Source of the DNA: a virus
Taxonomy: Duplodnaviria; Caudoviricetes
IMG/VR virus record: IMGVR_UViG_3300020045_002760
Span: 1-32,497 of that record
Length of the DNA stretch: 32,497 nt
Reading direction: 5' to 3' (one strand)
Shown piece by piece: positions 25,575 to 32,497 of this stretch; the stretch's first letter is position 1; each line of letters begins with the position of its first letter. A program made the translations under genes and the position numbers. The notes below the pieces were generated by a model, which had not been told where the DNA came from, did no database searches, and worked only from the letters and a program-made list of their open reading frames with translations.

Positions 25575-27932
25575 ATGAGCGAATTAGTATCAATTTTTAA
25601 ACTTATTACGGATGTAAATAATCCCTATCATAAAGATGTTAATTACGCTTTAGATAGGATAAAAAGAGGCAATTCAAAAGATTTGATTCTTAAGTTAAGA
25701 TCAATGTCTAAAGAGGATTATGATAAGAACAAAAAGAAACTTCCGGTCGTTTGTTTTAATGGAAAATTTAAAACCCGTTCCGATTCTAATTTGATGGAAC
25801 ATTCTGGATATATGATTTTGGATTTTGATAAGTTCGATTCTGAAGAAGAAACTGTTATTTTTAAAAATTCAATTTGCTCTGATAAGTATATTTTTGCCTG
25901 TTGGATCTCTCCAAGCGCAAAAGGAATTAAAGCGTTGGTTAAAATTCCAAAAGAACCAAAAAACCATAAAGGTTACTTTTGTTCTATTGAAAAGTACTTT
26001 AATCATCCTAATTGGGATCAAAGCGGTAAAGATTTAAGCAGAACATGTTTTGAATCCTACGACCCTGAAATATTTATTAATCCTGATTCGGAGTTATGGA
26101 CTGGTTTGGAACAACCAGAAATTGAAGAAGTAGGAGTTTTTGAGCCAATTGTTAGAATGACTTCTTCTAATCAAATTATTGAGAATCTGCTTAAATGGTG
26201 GGAGGATAAATATGGTTTTATTGAAGGAAAAAAGAATCATAATTTACATGTTTTGGCTTCTGCCTTTAACACTTTCGGAATAACTAAAACAGATGCAGAA
26301 CATGAGTGTTTAAAATTCAATACAGGAGGCAAAGAAGATGAAATTTTAAAGTTAGTTGCTTCGGCATATAAAAGAACTTCTGAATTTAATACAAGAGCCT
26401 TTGAAGATGCTGGCAAAAAGAATCAAATTGAAAAATTAATCAGATCCGGTAAACCTGTAAAAGAAATAAAATCAGAATTTAAAGATGTTGATTTAGATTT
26501 ACTAAGAGGCTCTTTAGATGTCGATGAATTTTGGTTTTACAATGACAAAGGTAAAATTAATTTATCAACTCACAGGTTTAAATTTTGGTTAGAACAGAAC
26601 AACTTTTTCAAGTTTTACCCATCTGATAGTTCAAGTACTTTTACTTTTATAAAGAAAGAACAGAATTTACTTGAGGAAACTAATGATAAAAGAATAAAAG
26701 ACTATGTTTTAAACAACATTTTAGGGCGTGATAATATTGGTTATGCTCCTTATGATTTTATGGCCTCAAATACAAGTTATTTTAAGAGTGAATTTTTATC
26801 AATGCTTGACACAACAAAGGTTAAAATAAAAGAAGATTCCGTTGATGAATGTTTTTTATATTTCAAAAATTGTGTAGTTGAAGTAAAAAAAGATAATATA
26901 AAACAGCATGATTATTTAGACATTGATGGATACGTTTGGAAACGTCAAATTATTGATAGAGATTTTATAAAAGAAGATCACCACTCAGCAGTATTCAGGA
27001 AATTCCTTTGGCTTATTTCTGGAAAAGATGTAAGTAAATATAATAGCTTTAAATCTGTTATTGGTTATCTGCTTCATTCATTTAAAACCTCAGCAAATAA
27101 TAAGGCTATTATTTTTAATGATGAAACAATTTCAGAAAATCCAAACGGAGGTTCCGGAAAGGGTTTGTTTTGGAATGCTCTTAAAAACATGAAAAAGCTT
27201 TCTAGGATTGACGGAAAATCTTTTGAATTTACAAAGTCTTTTCCTTACCAAACAGTAAGTACAGATACTCAGATTTTAGTTTTTGATGACGTTAAAAAGA
27301 ACTTCAATTTTGAATCATTGTTTAGTTTGATTACTGAAGGTATTACTTTAGAATATAAAGGCCAAGACGCAATATCTATTCCGGTAGAACAGTCACCAAA
27401 AATACTAATAACCACAAATTATACCATTGGAGGCGTTGGAGGTTCTTTTGAAAGGAGAAAGTTTGAAGTTGAAATGAGTTCTTACTTTAGTTACAAACAT
27501 ACTCCATTAGATGAATTTGGGCATATGCTATTTACTGATTGGGATAAAAATGAATGGTTGAGATTTGATAACTTTATGATTAATTGTGTTCAATATTACT
27601 TACAAAATGGATTAGTTAAGCATGAATTTAATAATCTTGAAGTTAGAAAATTTATAAAAGAAACTAGCTTTGAATTTTATGAGTGGTCACAAGACAGAGA
27701 CAATCTTCCGCACAATATTAGAATAGATAAATCTGAATATTTTCACAAATTCATTGGAGAATACCAAGACTTTAAAAAATGGCTTACGCAAAAAAGATTT
27801 ACTCAGTGGCTTGAAGAATATGGTAAATTCTATAATCTTGAGTTTAATACAGGTAGAACACATGCAATCAGATTTATAGAGTTTATAGATATTAACGAAC
27901 CTGTTATTGAAGAACCTGAAATACCGTTTTAA
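25575..27932 (+). CDS. primase-helicase (VirE-N/BT4734-like primase domain + PriCT + P-loop helicase)
   Basis: KKKLPVVCFNG, HSGYMILDFD, WISPSAKGIKALV, Walker A GGSGKG, and LVFDD. Start revised to ATG 25575. Confidence 0.85.
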   Translation: MSELVSIFKLITDVNNPYHKDVNYALDRIKRGNSKDLILKLRSMSKEDYDKNKKKLPVVCFNGKFKTRSDSNLMEHSGYMILDFDKFDSEEETVIFKNSICSDKYIFACWISPSAKGIKALVKIPKEPKNHKGYFCSIEKYFNHPNWDQSGKDLSRTCFESYDPEIFINPDSELWTGLEQPEIEEVGVFEPIVRMTSSNQIIENLLKWWEDKYGFIEGKKNHNLHVLASAFNTFGITKTDAEHECLKFNTGGKEDEILKLVASAYKRTSEFNTRAFEDAGKKNQIEKLIRSGKPVKEIKSEFKDVDLDLLRGSLDVDEFWFYNDKGKINLSTHRFKFWLEQNNFFKFYPSDSSSTFTFIKKEQNLLEETNDKRIKDYVLNNILGRDNIGYAPYDFMASNTSYFKSEFLSMLDTTKVKIKEDSVDECFLYFKNCVVEVKKDNIKQHDYLDIDGYVWKRQIIDRDFIKEDHHSAVFRKFLWLISGKDVSKYNSFKSVIGYLLHSFKTSANNKAIIFNDETISENPNGGSGKGLFWNALKNMKKLSRIDGKSFEFTKSFPYQTVSTDTQILVFDDVKKNFNFESLFSLITEGITLEYKGQDAISIPVEQSPKILITTNYTIGGVGGSFERRKFEVEMSSYFSYKHTPLDEFGHMLFTDWDKNEWLRFDNFMINCVQYYLQNGLVKHEFNNLEVRKFIKETSFEFYEWSQDRDNLPHNIRIDKSEYFHKFIGEYQDFKKWLTQKRFTQWLEEYGKFYNLEFNTGRTHAIRFIEFIDINEPVIEEPEIPF

Positions 27933-27933
27933 A

Positions 27934-28074
27934 ATGGAATATAATTTATTACTAGGACTATACGATAATCATTGCAATTTGTTTATCGAGGGTAAAATAA
28001 GCCTAGAAATATTTATGAAGATAGAAACTGAATATGTCAAACGATATCAATTATTTATAATAAATCTTAATTAA
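27934..28074 (+). CDS. 46-aa hypothetical protein (not in ORF track)
   Basis: Fills the gap between the primase and helicase genes. Confidence 0.45.
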   Translation: MEYNLLLGLYDNHCNLFIEGKISLEIFMKIETEYVKRYQLFIINLN

Positions 28075-28076
28075 AA

Positions 28077-29729
28077 ATGTACGAACTAAGAGAAATACAA
28101 AACGATGTTTATTCAAAAATTAGGCAACATGCAAAACAAGGCCGAAAGAAAATATTAGTAATGGCCTGTACTGGATTTGGTAAAACTATTTTATCATATC
28201 AAATTTGCAAAGACGCAATTGAAAAGAACAACAGAATATTATTTACTTCGCACCGTATCGGGCTGGCCGAACAATCAAGAGATAAATTCGAAAGTTTAAA
28301 CCCGTCTTTTTTACAAGGCGATTCCGAGGGATATATCGAAGATTATAAATTATTGGTAGCCACGCTTCAAACATTGGTTAATACCGAAATTAAGCCGCCA
28401 AAAGTGGTAATTATTGATGAAGTGCATTATGCTTACGATTCTAATTATATTCAATCATTATTCGAAAAATGGCCAAATGCAATCTTTATAGGATTATCGG
28501 CCACACCAACAAATGATAAAAATTTTTTGTTAGATGGTTTTGATACGATTATAGACGATTATCAAACGGCCGATTTAATTAAATTAGGGTGGCTAGTTCC
28601 GTTTAAAGTTTATTCGCCAATGAATATAAACGTGGCCAACGTAAAATTATCTAAAACAACAGGCGACTATCAAGAAAAAAGCTTAGAGGCCGAAGTAATA
28701 AAAAGTGATATTAATTATTCAATAGTAGATAATTATTTAAAACTTGGCCAAGATAGAAAGTTTATTTGTTTTGCCCTAAATAAAGTGCATTGTTTGACTT
28801 TGCAATTAGCTTTTTTAGATAGTGGTATAGTGGCCGAAGTAATAACGGCCGACACTTCAAAAAAACAACGTTTAGAAATATTAGAGCGATACAAAACAGG
28901 ACAAACAAAAGGCCTTATTTCAATTGAAATATTAACCGCAGGTTTTGATGATCCAACAGTTAAATGCGTTATTATGGCCAGTCCAACAAAAGCCTGGAAA
29001 AAGTTTATTCAATGTGCCGGCCGTGGTATTAGATTACTTGGCCATACTATTGAAGAATCTATAAAAAACGGAAAGGCCGATTGTATTTTATTGGATTGTT
29101 GCGGGTGTGTTGAAGAACACGGGATGCCAGACGATAGAAAAGAATTAGTGTTTGGGAAAAAAATAAGCCGTGTTATAGATCGAGAAATGAATTTAGACAC
29201 TTCAAATGAAAATAGACAAAATTTATCAAATGTAGTTACAGAAGAAAAACAAATATTTCTTAAGCGGATTGGATCTTTACTTGATGTTTACGAAAACAAA
29301 GTTTATTCAAAAGAATCAGAATTACAGGAAGATGTAAATAACTTTTTAGATAAAACAGGTTATTTTTATTGGAGACAAAATAGTGGTAAAATGTTTAAAG
29401 ATGGCCGTTGGATTCATTTTGCGTCTAAAGCGGGATTACCAGATAATACCGTATTCTATAAAAACACATCGTTTTTCTTTGGACTTGAATTAAAAATGAA
29501 ATACGGGAAGCTTACCGATAAGCAAAAAGAAACACTTCCTGAAATGATAAATAAAAAAGTATTATTCTTTATCTGTGAATCTGTTTATGATGCTTATAAG
29601 GCCATCGAACACGTTGAAAACAATATAGAATTTTCGGCTGATGGTTATGTTATCAAAAATAGTATTTATAATTTACCCGATAAAGAAATACAATACAGAA
29701 CTAAACTAAAGCTACCGATTGAATACTAA
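28077..29729 (+). CDS. SF2 DExH helicase fused to a C-terminal VRR-NUC-like nuclease
   Basis: CTGFGKT, DEVH, LSATP, TAGFD and QCAGRGIR; C-terminal ESELQ...GLPD...LELK..GKLTDKQ. Confidence 0.85.
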   Translation: MYELREIQNDVYSKIRQHAKQGRKKILVMACTGFGKTILSYQICKDAIEKNNRILFTSHRIGLAEQSRDKFESLNPSFLQGDSEGYIEDYKLLVATLQTLVNTEIKPPKVVIIDEVHYAYDSNYIQSLFEKWPNAIFIGLSATPTNDKNFLLDGFDTIIDDYQTADLIKLGWLVPFKVYSPMNINVANVKLSKTTGDYQEKSLEAEVIKSDINYSIVDNYLKLGQDRKFICFALNKVHCLTLQLAFLDSGIVAEVITADTSKKQRLEILERYKTGQTKGLISIEILTAGFDDPTVKCVIMASPTKAWKKFIQCAGRGIRLLGHTIEESIKNGKADCILLDCCGCVEEHGMPDDRKELVFGKKISRVIDREMNLDTSNENRQNLSNVVTEEKQIFLKRIGSLLDVYENKVYSKESELQEDVNNFLDKTGYFYWRQNSGKMFKDGRWIHFASKAGLPDNTVFYKNTSFFFGLELKMKYGKLTDKQKETLPEMINKKVLFFICESVYDAYKAIEHVENNIEFSADGYVIKNSIYNLPDKEIQYRTKLKLPIEY

Positions 29730-29765
29730 CCCACACCCCGAGTATAAATTTAAAAATAGAGAGAA

Positions 29766-29903
29766 ATGGATTTACCCGAAGCAATAAACATTTTAGAAAC
29801 GCATAATAAATGGAGATTAGGCGCTGAAATACCACCAACAGAACCGAAATTGTTAACCGAAGCTTTAGATATTATAATAAAAATTTTGAAGCGATTAAAT
29901 TAA
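29766..29903 (+). CDS. 45-aa hypothetical protein (not in ORF track)
   Basis: MDLPEAINILETHNKWRLGAE... Confidence 0.55.
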   Translation: MDLPEAINILETHNKWRLGAEIPPTEPKLLTEALDIIIKILKRLN

Positions 29904-29915
29904 AAATAAATTATT

Positions 29916-30323
29916 ATGAAAAGTACAGAAACAACAAAAAGAATCGTTAAAATTATCATCGATGGAAAACACGTAAAATCTTTTCCTTTGTTTATGAAAG
30001 ACGAAGCGGAATTAATTCCTGAAACAATTGTAAATACATTATCGGCTAAATTGGTATTGTCGGATACAGATTGTGCTAAAGTAGCTCCCTTCGTATTTAA
30101 AAATCTTTGCGATAAATTTTTAGATCAACTTAAAAAAGATGAAAAATATATTTGGGAACTAACAATTAATAATCCTATAGAAGGAGTTAGAGCGGTTAAT
30201 TGTAGAGTGAGTAAAAAAAGAACCGAGCTAGTATTTAAAAACAATTCTGTAAAAATATCTTGCCCAGAGTATTTGTACAAGTTCGCAATTACAATATTAC
30301 CAACAGTAAATTTGAATTACTAA
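29916..30323 (+). CDS. hypothetical protein
   Basis: Clean ORF. Confidence 0.6.
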   Translation: MKSTETTKRIVKIIIDGKHVKSFPLFMKDEAELIPETIVNTLSAKLVLSDTDCAKVAPFVFKNLCDKFLDQLKKDEKYIWELTINNPIEGVRAVNCRVSKKRTELVFKNNSVKISCPEYLYKFAITILPTVNLNY

Positions 30324-30511
30324 TGAAAGTCTTATGCAGACATTGTCAATCCAATTGTAAAAAGATTGGATTGGTTGAATGTGATAGGTATGACGCTAAA
30401 GCTAATCGACCAAAGCAATTGGAAGAACAAATAAATATAGCGTATAAAAATAAGGATTACGAACTAGCTAGAAAGCTATCTGAGGAATTATTTAGAATTA
30501 ACCACGGTTAA
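30323..30511 (+). CDS. small Cys-rich protein with a UVR-like coiled coil (start revised from 30260)
   Basis: CRHCQSNC and LEEQINIAYKNKDYELARKL; TAATG overlap with the upstream gene. Confidence 0.55.
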   Translation: MKVLCRHCQSNCKKIGLVECDRYDAKANRPKQLEEQINIAYKNKDYELARKLSEELFRINHG

Positions 30512-30611
30512 CACAACATCAAAACAATAACATTCGATGAGATATGTAAATTGTATATGTTAAATAAATGTTAAAATGTATTTTTACTATTGTTTTATTG
30601 AAATGTAATCG

Positions 30612-30619
30612 TATCTTTG
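30612..30619 (+). promoter_or_regulatory. -7 promoter element TATCTTTG
   Basis: Consensus octamer with TTG about 19 nt upstream. Confidence 0.6.
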
Positions 30620-30642
30620 ACTCAACAAATAAAACAAACGAT

Positions 30643-30810
30643 ATGGAAACTTTAAGAACTGAATACTACAACGAAATCGAAATGTTAACTAAAAAACTAC
30701 AATCATTCGATACTGACCAATACGGAAAGTCTTATTCAAACGAATCTTTTAATATTTCAAACCGTATTGATGAATTTGAAGAATTAATTTCTAACACTTG
30801 GATTAAATAA
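30643..30810 (+). CDS. hypothetical protein (start revised from 30568)
   Basis: ATG after the promoter and an A-rich leader. Confidence 0.55.
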   Translation: METLRTEYYNEIEMLTKKLQSFDTDQYGKSYSNESFNISNRIDEFEELISNTWIK

Positions 30811-30833
30811 TAAAATTATAAAAGACAACTAAC

Positions 30834-31001
30834 ATGGGAAGAAAACGATTACCAAAAAACGATAAAAAAGAATCTTTCGTAATTCAAATTGAACACAAAT
30901 ATTTAAAAGGTCAAAATTTAGACGAGTTAAGGCTTGTGGCGCACGAAAGTATAAAAAAGCATGTAGAGCATGCATTGGATAAAAATAACTCTTTAAAATA
31001 A
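30834..31001 (+). CDS. 55-aa basic protein (not in ORF track)
   Basis: MGRKRLPKNDKK start suggests a small DNA-binding protein. Confidence 0.5.
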   Translation: MGRKRLPKNDKKESFVIQIEHKYLKGQNLDELRLVAHESIKKHVEHALDKNNSLK

Positions 31002-31006
31002 AGATT

Positions 31007-31261
31007 ATGATGTTAGGTAATTTATCTGTTAAGCAGATTGAAGAAAGATTGGGGATTCTATTCCCAGAAGACGTAAAAGATTTTATGATTAAAAATCATC
31101 AGGCAAACGCTAGTAATATCGTTAATGGCAAATGGCACTGTTTTGATTTGCCGTTTCATATGGTTTGCGGAGATTTAGAAACAGCTACAAAGATTTTTAA
31201 TTCAATAAAAGACAGAGCAAGCGAGTGCAAAGCTACATTACAAATTTCAATACAAAATTAA
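31007..31261 (+). CDS. hypothetical protein
   Basis: IEERLGILFPEDVKDFM loosely resembles the SMI1/KNR4 N-terminus. Confidence 0.55.
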   Translation: MMLGNLSVKQIEERLGILFPEDVKDFMIKNHQANASNIVNGKWHCFDLPFHMVCGDLETATKIFNSIKDRASECKATLQISIQN

Positions 31262-31274
31262 ATAACCACTTAAA

Positions 31275-31492
31275 ATGACATACACAAACTTTGAAATCGC
31301 ATTTATTATAATCGTTCCAATGATTATAGGTTTTTTTATCGGAATATTAACCGCAACTAAAATATTTAAACAATGATAGCAATACTACTACTATTCGGAA
31401 TCGGTATTCTTTGGATTTTATCCGATACAATAACGGAATTTTTAAGCGGAGGAAAGTCCTTTGCATGTAACGAATTAAAAGTATTTAGATAA
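31275..31492 (+). CDS. two coupled TM micropeptides (31275-31376 and 31373-31492)
   Basis: Hydrophobic 33-aa and 39-aa ORFs with ATGA/TAATG overlaps. Confidence 0.4.
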
Positions 31493-32331
31493 TGAGAACT
31501 CCAACACTAGAAGAGGTTAAATATCGTTTTAAGGATGCGAAAAAAGTAGAAAGTGCACATACAGGATTGAAAGGAAATATTAAAATAAACACCATTCGTT
31601 ACAACGAAACAGATAAAAAGTTTATCGTATGCGATAGTAGTAATTATTGTGGAATAACCACTCTATGGAGCGTTAAAAAAGGCTACGCAAAAATACTAAC
31701 CTACAAAAAACCGAAACAAGAAACGTTTCAGATAAGTAAGGAGCAGATACTTAGCCTAGAGTATATATGTATTAGTGGACGCAATTATTCTGGATCTTAT
31801 GAATTAAGAAATATGTTCCCTAAAGTATTTGAAGAGAATAAGGTTGAGTTGGAGGCTGGTAATTGGTATAAATGGGATGATTTTTGGAAAGGTAAAGAAT
31901 ATAATATTTTGTATTATATTACAAAAATAGAAAATGAAGAAATTTTTTCCTATGGATTTAAAAATAGTGAATGGATAGAAGACGAATTATCTTATTCGGG
32001 TAGTCATTACGAAGATGCATGTAATAATTTTCGTTTAGCCGATCATAAAGAAGTCGAAGAAGCTTTGAGAAATGAGGCGGTGAGGAGAGGATATAAGCGT
32101 GATGTTGTTATTGTCAATATGTACAACGGCACACCATCTAAACTACACACAAGAATATCAAATAATATTTTTGATTGGGAAGAAATAGGTGGTGGTAAAA
32201 ACCAAGGAGAAATGGCGTTAAGAGATTCTAATGGTAATATATTATTTCACAACGGAATATGGGCAACAATAATCCCAACCAAAACACGCCAAGAAGCGGA
32301 GAAAGAGCTTAACTGTAAAATTGTAGATTAA
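31492..32331 (+). CDS. hypothetical phage protein
   Basis: 279-aa ORF ending KTRQEAEKELNCKIVD. Confidence 0.65.
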   Translation: MRTPTLEEVKYRFKDAKKVESAHTGLKGNIKINTIRYNETDKKFIVCDSSNYCGITTLWSVKKGYAKILTYKKPKQETFQISKEQILSLEYICISGRNYSGSYELRNMFPKVFEENKVELEAGNWYKWDDFWKGKEYNILYYITKIENEEIFSYGFKNSEWIEDELSYSGSHYEDACNNFRLADHKEVEEALRNEAVRRGYKRDVVIVNMYNGTPSKLHTRISNNIFDWEEIGGGKNQGEMALRDSNGNILFHNGIWATIIPTKTRQEAEKELNCKIVD

Positions 32332-32373
32332 AAAACATCGCTAGTAGGTAGTGATTAGATTTGGGGAAATTTG

Positions 32374-32412
32374 AAAAAGTATCGCAATAAGTGTTTTGCG
32401 ATACTTTTTTTT
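32374..32412. terminator. bidirectional intrinsic terminator
   Basis: AAAAAGTATCGCAA-loop-TTGCGATACTTTTTTTT. Confidence 0.85.
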
Positions 32413-32413
32413 G

Positions 32414-32421
32414 TAATTTTG
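32414..32421 (+). promoter_or_regulatory. -7 promoter element TAATTTTG
   Basis: Consensus octamer between the terminator and the next gene. Confidence 0.5.
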
Positions 32422-32441
32422 AATAATCAAGTTTTTTCAAG

Positions 32442-32497
32442 ATGTCAGATAATACACACGGGGGTAGAAGAGAAAAGGCAGGAAGAAAGCCTAAAGC
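32442..32497 (+). CDS. probable terminase small subunit, 5' fragment
   Basis: MSDNTHGGRREKAGRKPK, a HGG.R..AGRK motif common at TerS N-termini; truncated by the window edge. Confidence 0.55.
   Translation, partial: MSDNTHGGRREKAGRKPK

Noticed and set aside
790-29200. Minus-strand and nested alternative-frame ORFs (e.g. 790-1005, 5027-5374, 6338-6739, 20241-20459, 25825-26037, 29009-29200)
   Set aside because: They are shadows of well-supported + strand genes and have no recognisable motifs.

Overview
AT-rich siphovirus-type phage or prophage segment with all credible genes on the + strand. The host is most likely Bacteroidota (Flavobacterium-like), judged from repeated TAnnTTTG promoter boxes, A-rich SD-less start regions and signal peptides ending in AQ. 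Gene order: HNH homing endonuclease, glycosyltransferase, head-tail connectors, tail tube, frameshifting tail chaperone, tape measure, tail/fibre genes, holin-like genes, GH19 endolysin, degenerate tRNA-Met, an accessory region, recombination/replication genes (SSAP, SSB, primase-helicase, SF2 helicase-VRR-NUC), small ORFs, and the start of a probable small terminase at the right edge. The main discovery is at 16725-20744: a tandem array of seven single-gene cassettes. Each gene is bracketed by its own 14-15 bp inverted repeat (GTT...AAC) with a G:T mismatch at position 11 in all seven. Each is preceded by a 117-122 nt stem-loop that often contains the gene's start codon. This looks like an integron-like, hairpin-site cassette system with inverted gene polarity and no recombinase in the window. 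Other notable signals: an extreme GGCC cluster confined to the helicase gene, a kissing-loop RNA before an HNH gene, and tail-region proteins with Sec signal peptides. Protein functions are from motif recognition only; no database searches were run.
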